Positions 8,901 to 19,445 are shown, counted from the stretch's first letter. The stretch is 64,000 bases of DNA from an uncultured Peptococcaceae bacterium (GCA_902462325.1 CABQBF010000001.1:11478-75477), one strand, 5' to 3'. Numbers and translations: made by a program. The notes: a model not told the origin generated them from the sequence alone.

Positions 8901-10898
8901 ATGGCAAATCAATTACAGTATGAAAAATCACCTTATTTGCTGCAGCACAGGGAAAATCCCGTGAACTGGTATCCTTGGGGAGAAGCAGCCTTTCAGAAGG
9001 CGCAGAGGGAGGATAAGCCCGTCTTTTTGAGTATTGGCTATTCCACCTGTCATTGGTGTCATGTGATGGCCCATGAATGCTTTGAGGATGAAACGGTGGC
9101 GGCGGTGTTGAACGAACATTTTGTCTGCATCAAGGTGGACCGGGAGGAGCGGCCCGATATCGATGCGGTGTATATGGCGGTGTGTCAGGCTTTGACTGGT
9201 TCGGGAGGTTGGCCGCTGACGGTGTTTTTAACGCCGGAACAAAAACCTTTTTTTGCTGGCACCTATTTTCCCAAGCGGCAGCGTTACGGCCAGCCGGGAA
9301 TATTGGATATCCTACAGCGCATTGTGGAGCTGTGGCAGCGGCAGCGGGAGCAGCTATTACAGGCTGGCGATGAGATTGCCGCGGCCGTCGGCAGAGAGGC
9401 TGGCGCTGAAAAGCAGGAGCCGTCCCGAAAATTGCTGCAACGGGCGTATGGTTTTTTCCAGCAACAGTTTGATGCTCGGTGGGGCGGTTTCGGCCCAGCA
9501 CCCAAATTTCCCACGCCCCATAATCTGCTGTTCTTGATGGAGTATGCTTGTCTGGAGCAGCAGCCGAAGGGCCTGGAAATGGCAGAATATACCTTAGAGC
9601 AAATGGCGCGGGGTGGTATCCAGGACCATATTGGCGGCGGTTTTTCCCGTTATTCTACTGATGAACGCTGGCTGGTGCCCCATTTTGAAAAGATGCTTTA
9701 TGATAATGCCTTGTTGCTTTTGGCTTATACGCGAGCCTATCAGTTGACGGGGCGGCAACAATATGGGCAGGTGGCCCGCCGTACAGCCGATTATGTACTG
9801 CGGGAACTGACCGATGGGCAAGGCGGCTTTTATTGTGGTCAGGACGCCGACAGCGACGGTGTGGAAGGGAAATATTATGTGTTTACGCCGCAGGAGGTTC
9901 TTGCTGTATTGGGCGAAACAGACGGCGCAGCCTTTAACCGGCTGTATCACATTGCGGAAACCGGCAATTTTGAAGGCAAGAGCATTCCCAATTTGCTCGG
10001 ACAGACAGAGGCTGCATGGCCTTTGGACGATAGCCGTCTGCAAAAATTGTATCATTACCGGTTCGGCCGTACCAAACTGCACAAGGATGATAAAATTCTG
10101 CTGTCCTGGAACGGCTGGATGATTATGGCTTTGGCGCGGGCTGGTTTTGTTTTGCAGGAGGACAGGTATGTACAGGCGGCGCAGCGGGCCCAGCAGTTTC
10201 TTGAACAGCACATGGTGGACAGCCAAAACCGGCTGTATTTGCGCTGGCGGGAAGGGGAAGCGGCCCATGCAGGACAGTTAGATGATTATGCGGTGTATGC
10301 TTTGGCGTTGTTGGAGCTGTATCAGGCTACGCTGGAAATTCGGTATTTACAGCAAGCTTTGCAACGCGCGGAGCAGATGATAACGCTGTTTGAGGATAAA
10401 GGGCGGGGCGGCTACTATCTCACTGCCGGCGATGCCGAGCAGTTGATTGCGCGGCCCAAGGAAACCTATGACGGCGCTATTCCTTCCGGCAATTCGGTGG
10501 CCGGAATGGTATTGCAAAAATTGGCGCTATTGTCTGGCGAGCAAACGTGGCAAGAAGCGGCCTACCGGCAGCTCTGCTTTTTGGCTGGACAGGCAAACCA
10601 ATATCCAGCTGGGCACAGCTTTGCACTGTTGGCTATGACGTGGGCGTTATATCCCCATCAGGAATTGGTCTGCACGACAGCGGAAGGTGTTCCCGCAGAA
10701 TTGCAGACATATCTGCGGAACCAGCGCGCAGAGCATTTGTCGCTTTTGCTGAAAAACAGGGAAAACGGGCGGTCCTTGGCCCAATGCGCTCCTTTTACCA
10801 AAGAGTATCCGGTGCCGGAGCAAGGCGCCGCGTATTATCTGTGCGAAGAGGGCGCTTGCCGCGCGCCGGTCACCAGCGTAAAGCAACTGCGATTGTGA
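8901..10898 (+). CDS. thioredoxin-domain (DUF255) / six-hairpin glycosidase-like protein, YyaL family
   Basis: [23 protein letters not shown]...[11 protein letters not shown] is the typical YyaL/SPATA20 N-terminus. The ATG lies 7 nt after GAAGGAG. The ORF-track start at 8715 is rejected. Confidence 0.8.
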   Translation: MANQLQYEKSPYLLQHRENPVNWYPWGEAAFQKAQREDKPVFLSIGYSTCHWCHVMAHECFEDETVAAVLNEHFVCIKVDREERPDIDAVYMAVCQALTGSGGWPLTVFLTPEQKPFFAGTYFPKRQRYGQPGILDILQRIVELWQRQREQLLQAGDEIAAAVGREAGAEKQEPSRKLLQRAYGFFQQQFDARWGGFGPAPKFPTPHNLLFLMEYACLEQQPKGLEMAEYTLEQMARGGIQDHIGGGFSRYSTDERWLVPHFEKMLYDNALLLLAYTRAYQLTGRQQYGQVARRTADYVLRELTDGQGGFYCGQDADSDGVEGKYYVFTPQEVLAVLGETDGAAFNRLYHIAETGNFEGKSIPNLLGQTEAAWPLDDSRLQKLYHYRFGRTKLHKDDKILLSWNGWMIMALARAGFVLQEDRYVQAAQRAQQFLEQHMVDSQNRLYLRWREGEAAHAGQLDDYAVYALALLELYQATLEIRYLQQALQRAEQMITLFEDKGRGGYYLTAGDAEQLIARPKETYDGAIPSGNSVAGMVLQKLALLSGEQTWQEAAYRQLCFLAGQANQYPAGHSFALLAMTWALYPHQELVCTTAEGVPAELQTYLRNQRAEHLSLLLKNRENGRSLAQCAPFTKEYPVPEQGAAYYLCEEGACRAPVTSVKQLRL

Positions 10899-10916
10899 GA
10901 TTTCTGTAAATTCCCG

Positions 10917-10945
10917 CTTGACGAAAACGCTTTATCGCGTTAAAA
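10917..10945 (+). promoter_or_regulatory. sigma-A-type promoter candidate TTGACG-17-TAAAAT
   Basis: The hexamers are at 10917-10922 and 10940-10945 with a 17-nt spacer. Confidence 0.4.
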
Positions 10946-11039
10946 TAGTTGTATACAAAATGAATAAATATAAAGAACAACGGCGTTCTTTTCCTGCAAT
11001 TAAAAAAAGGAGTGTTCGCCTTGTTGCTTGCGTCAGTAC

Positions 11040-11068
11040 AGGACGATTTCTCCGGAAGTCGTCCTTTT
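11040..11068 (+). terminator. rho-independent terminator closing a short (about 120 nt) transcription unit
   Basis: GGACGATTTC-TCCG-GAAGTCGTCC is a 10-bp stem followed by TTTTT. Confidence 0.6.
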
Positions 11069-11157
11069 TGTTGAGGGCGAGAAAGGTTGTGATGATGGCG
11101 GTAGAGTTAACGAATGTAAATGAAAAGTAAGAACTCCTGTCGATATTTTACGCTTTG

Positions 11158-11186
11158 TTGACAGTTGCAAAAAAATAGGATAAAAT
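11158..11186 (+). promoter_or_regulatory. consensus-like promoter TTGACA-17-TAAAAT for ispE
   Basis: The hexamers are at 11158-11163 and 11181-11186. Confidence 0.55.
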
Positions 11187-11245
11187 ACATAAACAGATAG
11201 AAATTTGTATAATGGCTTTTCTTAGCTGAAAGCGAGAGAAACACG

Positions 11246-12139
11246 ATGAAACAAGCAAAAATTACTGCATACGCAAAAATTAATCTGGTGTTGGATGTGC
11301 TGCGCAAGCGGGACGACGGCTATCATGAGGTAGCTATGGTGATGCAGGCCATTGATTTGGCCGACACCATTCTGCTGAAAGAAGCGCAGCGCAACTGGCT
11401 GGTGACCGATAACAAATATATTCCGCCAAATATGAATAATCTGGCAATGAAAGCGGTGGTTTTGATGCAGCAGCATTTCAGCGGTATACCGCCGCTTGAA
11501 GTGACGCTGCACAAACGCATTCCCGTGGCGGCAGGCTTGGCGGGCGGCAGTACTGACTGCGCCGGCGTATTGCTGGGTGTGAATAAAATGTTCGGCTTAG
11601 GCTTATCGCTGGCGGAATTGGAGCAATTAGGCGCAGAGCTTGGCTCCGACGTTCCCTTTTGTTTAGGCGGGCCAACAGCGCTTGCTACCGGGCGAGGGGA
11701 AAAGATTACACCGCTGCCCGATTGTCCGCCGTTGTTTTTTGTGCTGGTGAAGCCTTCTTTTGGGGTAGCCACGCCGAAGGTGTATGGCAATCTGCGGTTG
11801 GATTTGGTGAAAAAGCATCCTGATGTAGAGCAGTGCGTACAGGGATTATCGGCTGGCAGTGCTGAGCAGGTTTTGCAAGCGATGGGCAATCTGTTGGAGC
11901 ATAGTACCTTCCGGTTACAGCCGAATGTGGAAAAATTAAAGCAGCGTATGATAGAACACGGCTGCCGGCATGTGCTGATGTCCGGCAGCGGGCCTACAGT
12001 GTTTGCCGCTTTTACGGAACGGCAGCAGGCGCAGCAGTATTATCAGAAAGTAAAACAGGAATATCCGGGTGCGATTGTAGCCCAAACAGTCAATCAGAAA
12101 ATGCTGAAGGAAAGGGTGGAGCTTTATGGCAATGAATAA
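11246..12139 (+). CDS. ispE: 4-(cytidine 5'-diphospho)-2-C-methyl-D-erythritol kinase
   Basis: AYAKINLVLDVLRKRDDGYHEV...PVAAGLAGGSTDCAG is the GHMP-kinase IspE signature. Confidence 0.9.
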   Translation: MKQAKITAYAKINLVLDVLRKRDDGYHEVAMVMQAIDLADTILLKEAQRNWLVTDNKYIPPNMNNLAMKAVVLMQQHFSGIPPLEVTLHKRIPVAAGLAGGSTDCAGVLLGVNKMFGLGLSLAELEQLGAELGSDVPFCLGGPTALATGRGEKITPLPDCPPLFFVLVKPSFGVATPKVYGNLRLDLVKKHPDVEQCVQGLSAGSAEQVLQAMGNLLEHSTFRLQPNVEKLKQRMIEHGCRHVLMSGSGPTVFAAFTERQQAQQYYQKVKQEYPGAIVAQTVNQKMLKERVELYGNE

Positions 12140-12842
12140 TCAAAATGAGAGAAAATTAGTTCCAATCAAATTAGACGGCTATAAACCGCTGCGTGATGTA
12201 GTATTTGAAACTTTGCGGGACGCAATTATCCGGCAGGTGCTGAAACCTGGCGAACGGCTGATGGAAATTCAACTGGCCGATGAAATGGGCGTGAGCCGTA
12301 CACCGGTGCGGGAGGCTATCCGCAAGCTGGAGCTGGAAGGCTTAGTGGTGATGGTGCCGCGCAAAGGCGCTTATGTGGCAGGGGTGTCTATGAAGGATAT
12401 CCATGAAGTGTACGAGGTGCGTTCTGCGTTGGAAATGCTGGCGGTTACGCTGGCTGCGGAACGGATTACTGATGAGGAACTGGACGCGCTGGAACGGCAA
12501 GTGCTGCGTGAATCGGAAGAAGAAAGCAAAAAGGACGGCAGTCTGGATAATATTATTTACATTGATAGCAGCTTCCATGACATTATTTATCAGGCTGCCC
12601 ATAACCAGCGTTTGGTGCAGTTTGTCAACATTCTGCAGGAACAGCTACAGCGTTTCCGCGCTGCATCGTTGGCGCGACCGGGCAGAAGTAAAACTGCCTT
12701 GGAGGAACATAAAAAGATTGTAGAGGCCTTATCAGAGCGCAACGGCGAGCTGGCTGCCAAGCTAGCCCGCGAGCATATTGAAAATGCCGAAAACGCCATG
12801 ATCGCCAGCATGGAAGAAAACGGCGAATTGAGTCAAAAGTAA
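12126..12842 (+). CDS. GntR family transcriptional regulator (FadR/FCD subfamily)
   Basis: It has an N-terminal winged HTH (LADEMGVSRTPVREAIRKLELEGLV) and a helical FCD-like C-terminal domain. It overlaps the ispE stop. Confidence 0.8.
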   Translation: MAMNNQNERKLVPIKLDGYKPLRDVVFETLRDAIIRQVLKPGERLMEIQLADEMGVSRTPVREAIRKLELEGLVVMVPRKGAYVAGVSMKDIHEVYEVRSALEMLAVTLAAERITDEELDALERQVLRESEEESKKDGSLDNIIYIDSSFHDIIYQAAHNQRLVQFVNILQEQLQRFRAASLARPGRSKTALEEHKKIVEALSERNGELAAKLAREHIENAENAMIASMEENGELSQK

Positions 12843-12860
12843 ATATCAGCGAAACAAGTT

Positions 12861-12904
12861 TGCTGCTCTCGCACTGCCTGTTGCTGCGCGAGCAGCATTT
12901 TTTA
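12861..12904 (+). terminator. rho-independent terminator after the GntR gene
   Basis: TGCTGCTCTCGC / GCGAGCAGCA stem followed by TTTTTTT. Confidence 0.6.
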
Positions 12905-13113
12905 TTTGTTTCTGGAAAAATGAACCTGAATGCACATGTCCTTACTAGGAATATGTTGCCTATAAAAATTTTGCAAATTGGCCTATTTTACCAGTTATTT
13001 CCTTGTAAAAAAGAAAAAAGTGCGATATTATTATACATATAGTCATAAAACTGTTTTATTCATTCGATATATTTATGACGTATGTGAACAATGACAAAAG
13101 GGCGGTGAACAGA

Positions 13114-13401
13114 ATGATAGTAACAGATATCAGAATTAGGAAAGTAAACACAGAGGGACGGATGAAAGCCATTGTATCCATCACCTTTGACGATGCTTTC
13201 GCGGTGCATGATATCAAAGTCGTGGAAGGGGATAAAGGATTGTTTGTGGCGATGCCAAGTAAGCGGATGCCGGATGGCGAATATAAAGATATTGCCCATC
13301 CTATTTCCAGCGCTGCGAGAGAAATGATTCAAAGCGCTGTGTTGAAAGAATATGAAGCAGTTCTGGCGGCTGTTGCAGAAGAAAAAGCTATCGAAGCATA
13401 A
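13114..13401 (+). CDS. spoVG: septation protein SpoVG
   Basis: [39 protein letters not shown]...FVAMPSKR is the canonical SpoVG sequence. The ORF-track start at 13075 is rejected. Confidence 0.9.
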   Translation: MIVTDIRIRKVNTEGRMKAIVSITFDDAFAVHDIKVVEGDKGLFVAMPSKRMPDGEYKDIAHPISSAAREMIQSAVLKEYEAVLAAVAEEKAIEA

Positions 13402-14071
13402 AGCGTGCACACGTGCATAGAGAACCACAACAACGGCGTTGTGAAAGCAAAATCGGGGGGATTTTGTGTTCATAACGCTGTTTGTTTTATTCTGTATTTT
13501 GTATATTAGCACAAGGAATATCGTGCTACAACTATAAGTAACAAGCATTGGATATTTTCAGATAAAAGCAGAAAAAGGTATCCTGTATTATATGAAAAAA
13601 GGATATTTTTCCCTTGCAATCTGCATAAATTAGCTTTATACTAAATACAAGCTATACGGATATAGGCTGCATTTATAGTAAGCATATTATGGAAAACAGA
13701 GTGTAATAAACATTTTTCTGTATAGAATTTGCATAAAGTCTAACTGGGAGTATATAAATCTATTAGACAAATGCATGTTCTTTGTGACAAAAAGTTATAG
13801 GTTTTTGGAGACATAAAAAAGACGCGTATATAGTATTTTTAAACTACATACACGCCAAATAAGCTTTAAATATTTTTAATTTTAAAAATCTAATAAATTA
13901 TACAAAATCATTTCTATAAATTTTGTAAAAAAGGCAGTATTTTCTGTGAAAAGACCATGAGATATCAAAGAAGGAGGGTAGAGGCGGCGTTTCACATGAA
14001 TATAGTATGTCTGAAACAGACATATTGGATTTATTTCAAGTTTATCACATAAGACATGGAGGGTATTTCTA

Positions 14072-15130
14072 ATGAAATTAAAAAGCAAAAAATTAGTTGC
14101 CGGTTTGTTACTAACCTCTTTTACTCTGGCTACAGCTCTGACTGGCTGTGGTGGCGGTGATACAAAGCAGGAAACCAATAATAATGCTGGCGATGGCGCT
14201 GAAACTATCACCTTTACAGTTGCAAACGTTATGTCAACGGGTAATAATGTAACCTTAGGCGTTGAAAAATTTGCTGAATTGGTAGAAGAAAAATCTGGTG
14301 GCACTATGAAAGTAGACGTTCACTCTGATGCTGAGCTGGGCAACGATGTTGACACCACACAGCAGGTACAGGCCGGTTCTATCGACATGGCAACTTGTTC
14401 TTCGGATAACTTTGGTGTATTTGACCCAGACGTTTTGGCTTTGTCTTTGCCATATATCGTAAACAAAGACCATATGGATGCTTTATATGATGCAATTGAT
14501 AATGGCGATTTGGGTAACTATTATAAAGAAAGAATGGCTGCACAGAACCTGCATCCGTTAATGTTCAATGAATATGGTTTCCGTTGCTTCCATTCTGCTT
14601 CCAAACCAATCACTTCTCCTGCTGACATGAAAGACATGAAGCTGCGTGCCACCAGCTCTCAGGTAGAATTGGCTGTTGCAGAAGCACTGGCAGCGCCTGC
14701 TCAGACTGTAGCGTGGGGCGAAACCTATACTGCTTTACAGCAGAAAACAGTTGATGGGGAATCCAATACCTTTGGTCTATTACATGCATCTAAACATGAC
14801 GAAGTATTGAAATATTCTGCTACTACTGAACACAACTATTCCATGCACATTTTGCTGATGGCTGAAGATAAATATCAGGCGCTGACTGATGAACAGAAAG
14901 CAATCCTGGACGAAGCAGCTGCTGAAGCTGTCGCTTATGAACGGGAACTGTCTGTACAGGCTGAACAGGATGCGAAAGACGCTTTCAAAGAAAATGGTGT
15001 AGAAATTGTAGAACTGACCGATGAACAGAAAGCCGAATGGGCTGCTGCTACTGCCAGTGTATATGACAAACTGGTTCCATCTGTAATTTCTCAGGAAGTT
15101 GTAGATATGATTAAAGCTACACAAGAATAA
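14072..15130 (+). CDS. TRAP transporter substrate-binding lipoprotein (DctP family)
   Basis: It has a lipobox (LTGC) and a DctP-like body. GGAGGG RBS 8 nt upstream. Confidence 0.8.
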   Translation: MKLKSKKLVAGLLLTSFTLATALTGCGGGDTKQETNNNAGDGAETITFTVANVMSTGNNVTLGVEKFAELVEEKSGGTMKVDVHSDAELGNDVDTTQQVQAGSIDMATCSSDNFGVFDPDVLALSLPYIVNKDHMDALYDAIDNGDLGNYYKERMAAQNLHPLMFNEYGFRCFHSASKPITSPADMKDMKLRATSSQVELAVAEALAAPAQTVAWGETYTALQQKTVDGESNTFGLLHASKHDEVLKYSATTEHNYSMHILLMAEDKYQALTDEQKAILDEAAAEAVAYERELSVQAEQDAKDAFKENGVEIVELTDEQKAEWAAATASVYDKLVPSVISQEVVDMIKATQE

Positions 15131-15300
15131 ATTCAAGTATTTTTAATTTAGAAGAAAAAGCAGAATTGTAGCGAAAAGTGGGCTCTGAAAGGTAGTTGCA
15201 ATTCTGCTTTCTTCATGAGTAGATATGTTAAAAATTTGTTAACAAGATAAACAAAACATAAAATGACGAAGAAAATAACATATTGTAAGAGGTGATTGTT

Positions 15301-17184
15301 ATGACAGAAGCGATTGTAAACAATAAAGAAAAAAAGCAAAGCCCTCTGCGTTGGTTGGATGAAAATTTTGAAAGCATATTCCTGGTAATTGGGATGCTGG
15401 CCATTATTTTTCTGATTACCTGGCAGGTATTATATCGCTATATTTTTACCAAATTTACCTCTGGCGCCAGCACCATGGTAGCAGCAGCACCAGAGGAAAT
15501 TGCCCGTTATATTTTTGTATGGATATCCTATTTGGCTGTGCCAGTTGCAATTAAAAAACGGGATTTGATTCGTGTAGATATTTTGTATGATAAATTGCCC
15601 AAACGGATACAGAACATGAGCTGGGTAATTGTAGATGCGGCTATGCTGATTTGGGCTGGTGTAATCACTTACGAAGGAATTATACATATTCAAAAGCTGA
15701 TGACGTTTGTATCCAGCACGCCAGTGTTAAAAATTCCTTTTTGGGCCCTATATCTGGTATTACCTGTTGCTTTCGGGCTATGTATTTTAAGAACCCTGCA
15801 GGATGTATTTGCGCAGGTAAAGCAATGCGGTTTGGTGGATAGTATAATTGCTGTTGTGATTGGTGCGGTGCTGTGTCTGCCCATACTTCTGCAAATCAAA
15901 TTGCCAACGATTGCCTTATTGTTTGGCTACTTTGTGATTTTGCTGGCATTAGGTGTGCCAATCTCCATGTCTTTGGGGATATCGTCCATTTTTACCATTT
16001 GGGTTAATCATCCCATAGATATATCCTATGTGGCGCAGTTATCCTTTGCCTCCATTGATAAAACAGCAATTATGTGTATTCCATTCTTCGTAGCCTCTGG
16101 CGATTTAATGGGAATTGGCGGACTTTCCCGCAGATTGTTCTCTATGGCCGATGAATTTTTAGGCTCTGCCTATGGCGGCTTGGCATTAGCTACGGTTGCC
16201 ACCTGTGTCTTGTTTGGCGCTATGAGTGGTTCCGGTCCTGCTACAGTAGCGGCTATTGGCGCTTTATGCGTGCCAGCTATGGTGGAACGGGGCTATGACC
16301 GGAAATTCTCAGCCGCTATCGTAGCTTGTGCTGGCGCCATTGGCGTATTAATTCCGCCTAGCAATCCCTTTGTTGTATATGCAATTTCAGCCAACGTATC
16401 GGTAGGGAAACTGTTTATGGCCGGTATTGTGCCGGGCTTGCTGGTTGCAGCCGTATTGATGGCCTACAGCTATTTCCTGGCTAAAAAAGAAGGCTGGCGT
16501 GGGGAAGATCGTCCGCGTAATGTCAAAACTAAGCTGCATGCGGTTTGGGAATCCAAATGGGCGTTGATGGTACCGGTTATTATTTTAGGAGGTATTTACG
16601 GCGGTTTTATGACGCCAACCGAAGCGGCAGCAGTGGCAGCTTTCTATGGTTTGATAGTAGGTTTGTTTATTCACCGTGAAATTACCGTTAAAAATTTGCT
16701 GCCTGCTATGGTAGGCTCTGCAGCTACATCATCTATGATTATCGTGCTGATGGCAATGGCGCAGATTTTCGGCAGTATCATGTCTATTGAACGGATTCCG
16801 ACCATGGTTGCAAACTTTATCCTGAGCCTGACAACCAGCAAAATCCTGGTGCTGCTGATGATTAATATATTGCTGCTTATTGTTGGTACTTTTATGGAAG
16901 CGCTGGCCGCCATTATTATTTTGGTACCGCTGTTATTACCGATTGTAACGCAGTTAGGTGTAAACCCAATTCATTTTGGCGTTGTGATGGTATTGAACTT
17001 GGCAATTGGATTTATTACACCGCCGGTTGGTGTAAACCTATTTGTGGCCAGTGGGATATCTAAGCTTAAGCTGGCTGACATTGCAAAAGCGGCCATGCCA
17101 ATGTTGGGGTTGATGATTGTCGTGTTGCTGGTTGTTACGTATTTCCCGCCGTTATCTTTGGCGTTAACCAATATTGTAAAATAA
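15301..17184 (+). CDS. TRAP transporter fused small/large permease (DctQ-DctM fusion)
   Basis: An N-terminal 4-TM DctQ-like part precedes a DctM-like 12-TM part (GLPISMSLG, PPSNPFVVY). The ATG lies 6 nt after AGAGGTG. Confidence 0.85.
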   Translation: MTEAIVNNKEKKQSPLRWLDENFESIFLVIGMLAIIFLITWQVLYRYIFTKFTSGASTMVAAAPEEIARYIFVWISYLAVPVAIKKRDLIRVDILYDKLPKRIQNMSWVIVDAAMLIWAGVITYEGIIHIQKLMTFVSSTPVLKIPFWALYLVLPVAFGLCILRTLQDVFAQVKQCGLVDSIIAVVIGAVLCLPILLQIKLPTIALLFGYFVILLALGVPISMSLGISSIFTIWVNHPIDISYVAQLSFASIDKTAIMCIPFFVASGDLMGIGGLSRRLFSMADEFLGSAYGGLALATVATCVLFGAMSGSGPATVAAIGALCVPAMVERGYDRKFSAAIVACAGAIGVLIPPSNPFVVYAISANVSVGKLFMAGIVPGLLVAAVLMAYSYFLAKKEGWRGEDRPRNVKTKLHAVWESKWALMVPVIILGGIYGGFMTPTEAAAVAAFYGLIVGLFIHREITVKNLLPAMVGSAATSSMIIVLMAMAQIFGSIMSIERIPTMVANFILSLTTSKILVLLMINILLLIVGTFMEALAAIIILVPLLLPIVTQLGVNPIHFGVVMVLNLAIGFITPPVGVNLFVASGISKLKLADIAKAAMPMLGLMIVVLLVVTYFPPLSLALTNIVK

Positions 17185-17225
17185 GTTTTCATGTCCCCTT
17201 TCAATATATGATATGAAGTAGAAGA

Positions 17226-17255
17226 AGTCAGTCGAATTGTTCGGCTGGCTTTTTC
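17226..17255 (+). terminator. rho-independent terminator after the TRAP operon
   Basis: AGTCAGTCGAA / TTCGGCTGGCT stem (with G-U pairs) followed by TTTTT. Confidence 0.55.
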
Positions 17256-17479
17256 TATGTTTATCCTTGGAAAAATATTCGGTCAAAAAATGATGAATGC
17301 GAAAAGGAAAATTTTCTACGCACCAAACATTATGGTTGCAAATAATAATTTATAAATAATGAAATGTATGCTATGATAAAAAGAAAACTGGTATAATTTT
17401 GAAAACCTGATCCTTAAAACGAAGCAAACATCATAGCACCTATGCCGGTAAAAAATAATGCAGATAGGTGCGTGAACTT

Positions 17480-18358
17480 ATGAAGGCCAATAGAAATTTG
17501 AAAGATAGTGTATCTTCCGCTTATTTTAGTGAAAATAATGCGCGATTGGTGGAATTATTCAATGCGTTGGAAGGAACGGATTATACGCCAGTGGAGCTCA
17601 ATACACTCACCGATGTGCTATGGATGGATAGAATAAATGATTTATCCTTTGTATTAAATGGTCAATTATTGGTGCTGTTGGAGCATCAATCTACCATAAA
17701 TCATAATATGGCGTTGCGGTCCTTGCTATATTGCGCGCGGCTTTATGAAAAGCTGTTGCCTAGAGATGCGGTGTATCGTACTGCACAGGCGAAAGTCCCC
17801 AATCCACGTTTTATTGTGCTGTATAATGGACAAGCGTCCTGTCCGAAGCACTATACCGAATATTTGACCGATGCTTTTTTAGTGCAGGAAGAAAATCCCG
17901 TGGTAAATGTTCGGGTGGAGGTGTATAATGTAAACTATACAGATAATGCAGTAGTCCAATCGGCACTCATAGAGCGCAGTCAGAGTTTAAAGGAATATAG
18001 TCAGTTTATTTATCAGCTGCAGCAAGGAAAGCGAAAAGGGCAACCTCTTGAGGAAGCGCTTTGCAATGCAATGGATTATTGTATAGAAAACGATATTATG
18101 CGTGGATTTTTAGAAACCCACGGAAGCGAGGTGCGCAATATGCTGTACACAGAGTGGAACATGGAAGAAGCTTGCCGTATTGCCTGCGAAGAAGGATGCA
18201 TGGAAGGACGTATAGAAGGAGAAAAGCGTGAACGGCTGAAAAATATTCGCCTGTTGAAAGATGTGTTATCTCCAGAAGTGATTGCAGAAAAGTTTGGACT
18301 GTCATTGTCGGAGGTGCTGGATATTTTGGAGATAGAGCCAGTACCCAAACAATCATAA
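17480..18358 (+). CDS. Rpn/YhgA-like PD-(D/E)XK nuclease family protein (recombination-promoting nuclease / putative transposase)
   Basis: The N-terminal half (DLSFVLNGQLLVLLEHQST) fits the D...E-x-Q nuclease core of the Rpn/PDDEXK_2 family as I remember it. Confidence 0.55.
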   Translation: MKANRNLKDSVSSAYFSENNARLVELFNALEGTDYTPVELNTLTDVLWMDRINDLSFVLNGQLLVLLEHQSTINHNMALRSLLYCARLYEKLLPRDAVYRTAQAKVPNPRFIVLYNGQASCPKHYTEYLTDAFLVQEENPVVNVRVEVYNVNYTDNAVVQSALIERSQSLKEYSQFIYQLQQGKRKGQPLEEALCNAMDYCIENDIMRGFLETHGSEVRNMLYTEWNMEEACRIACEEGCMEGRIEGEKRERLKNIRLLKDVLSPEVIAEKFGLSLSEVLDILEIEPVPKQS

Positions 18359-18380
18359 GATGCTGTTATACGGCAGCATA

Positions 18381-18420
18381 ACAAGGCGTTGCTCCATGAA
18401 AAGAGCAGCGCCTTGTTGTG
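18381..18420 (+). terminator. hairpin after the Rpn-like gene (weak T-tract)
   Basis: ACAAGGCGTTGCTC / GAGCAGCGCCTTGT forms a 14-bp stem. The downstream tract is only TGTGT. Confidence 0.4.
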
Positions 18421-18520
18421 TCTGGCCATGAGAGAAACGGCACAGTTCTGCTCTAAAGCATAGAATGGGTTGCAGCGAAAGTGTAGAAACGATTACGGGG
18501 TCAATATTTTTACAACGAAT

Positions 18521-18569
18521 TAGTTGACAAGGAAACTACTGCCTCTTATAATAGTTCACTAGGAAACTA
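18521..18569. promoter_or_regulatory. two 18-bp inverted-repeat sites (TAGTTGACAAGGAAACTA and TAGTTCACTAGGAAACTA); candidate MarR operators
   Basis: The sites are at 18521-18538 and 18552-18569. They are 16/18 identical, each has the form TAGTT-N8-AACTA, and their centres are 31 bp apart, overlapping the -35 and the region just after the -10. Confidence 0.5.
18524..18552 (+). promoter_or_regulatory. perfect consensus promoter TTGACA-17-TATAAT of the marR-MFS operon
   Basis: The hexamers are at 18524-18529 and 18547-18552. Confidence 0.65.
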
Positions 18570-18588
18570 GTTTGAGGAGATAACAGCA

Positions 18589-19050
18589 TTGCAGAATATG
18601 AATATCAGTCGCATGACGGCGGCCATGTTTCGCACACGGCAGAGCATTTTGGCCCAGCGGCTGCAAAATGCCGAGCTAAACGGCGGGCAAACCGATTGTC
18701 TGTATATTATCGGGCGGCATGAGGGGCTCAGTCAGATGGAACTGACAGAGCGGTTGTTTAACAGCAAATCGGCGACAGCCAAGTCGGTGAAAGCGCTGAT
18801 TGAAAAAGGTTATGTGCGCCGGGAGGCAGACGGGCAGGATAAGCGGCTCTGCCATTTATATTTAACCGAGAAAGGCCGCGCTATGGCGCCGAAGCTGCAG
18901 CAGCTTTATCAGGAGCTGGTAGCGCTGCATGTCAAAAATCTGACAGAGGACGAGGCGCAGCAACTGATTGTACTGATGGAAAAGGTTCTAGACGGGTTGC
19001 TGCAGGAAAAAGCAGCGCTGGAAAAAGGAACCGATCTTACATCAGAATAG
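18589..19050 (+). CDS. MarR family transcriptional regulator
   Basis: Winged-helix core (LSQMELTERLFNSKSATAKSVKALIEKGYVRREADGQDKR). The start is TTG 18589 or ATG 18598. Confidence 0.8.
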   Translation: MQNMNISRMTAAMFRTRQSILAQRLQNAELNGGQTDCLYIIGRHEGLSQMELTERLFNSKSATAKSVKALIEKGYVRREADGQDKRLCHLYLTEKGRAMAPKLQQLYQELVALHVKNLTEDEAQQLIVLMEKVLDGLLQEKAALEKGTDLTSE

Positions 19051-19058
19051 CACAGGGT

Positions 19059-19445
19059 GTGCATGAAAATGAAAAAACAACAAATCCTAAATGGATGAAA
19101 CGATTGAAGCTATTGCACTTATTGGGCATGATGCTTTTGTGTACAGGCTTATTGGGTGCCAGTGCAGCCTGGCTAGGGCCCGAACTGGACCAACAGTTGA
19201 TAACATTTTTCACCTTGCAGTTTACCCGCAACGGCGGCATTTTGCTGCTTGCTACCGGACTGATTTATAATTTGTTCACCGGTTATGGCTTCAAACGGCT
19301 TTGGATTGTGCTGAAATGGATTGCCACCGTGCTGCTCATTGCCGTCAGTGTAGGATTGCGATCCTCTGCTGTGGTACTGCCCATACAGCTTTCCCTGTTG
19401 GCGGTGATTATGGTGCTGTCCGTCTATAAATGGCAGGGCCGATAA
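19059..19445 (+). CDS. small 4-TM membrane protein, unknown function
   Basis: 128-aa hydrophobic ORF between marR and the MFS gene. No family was recognised. Confidence 0.4.
   Translation: MHENEKTTNPKWMKRLKLLHLLGMMLLCTGLLGASAAWLGPELDQQLITFFTLQFTRNGGILLLATGLIYNLFTGYGFKRLWIVLKWIATVLLIAVSVGLRSSAVVLPIQLSLLAVIMVLSVYKWQGR

Noticed and set aside
10918-11130. 70-aa ORF between the YyaL-like gene and ispE.
   Set aside because: It spans a promoter and a strong terminator hairpin and has no RBS. The region is better explained as a short non-coding or micro-ORF unit (see findings).
13402-14071. 670-bp AT-rich intergenic region before the TRAP operon, examined for small genes, RNA genes or repeats. It includes a TGCAC-AC-GTGCA palindrome at about 13403-13416 and a 17-codon ORF after AAGGAGGG.
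   Set aside because: The RBS-to-ATG spacing is wrong for the micro-ORF, there is no convincing promoter/terminator pair or repeat family, and the palindrome could be chance. Nothing is supportable beyond a probable regulatory spacer.
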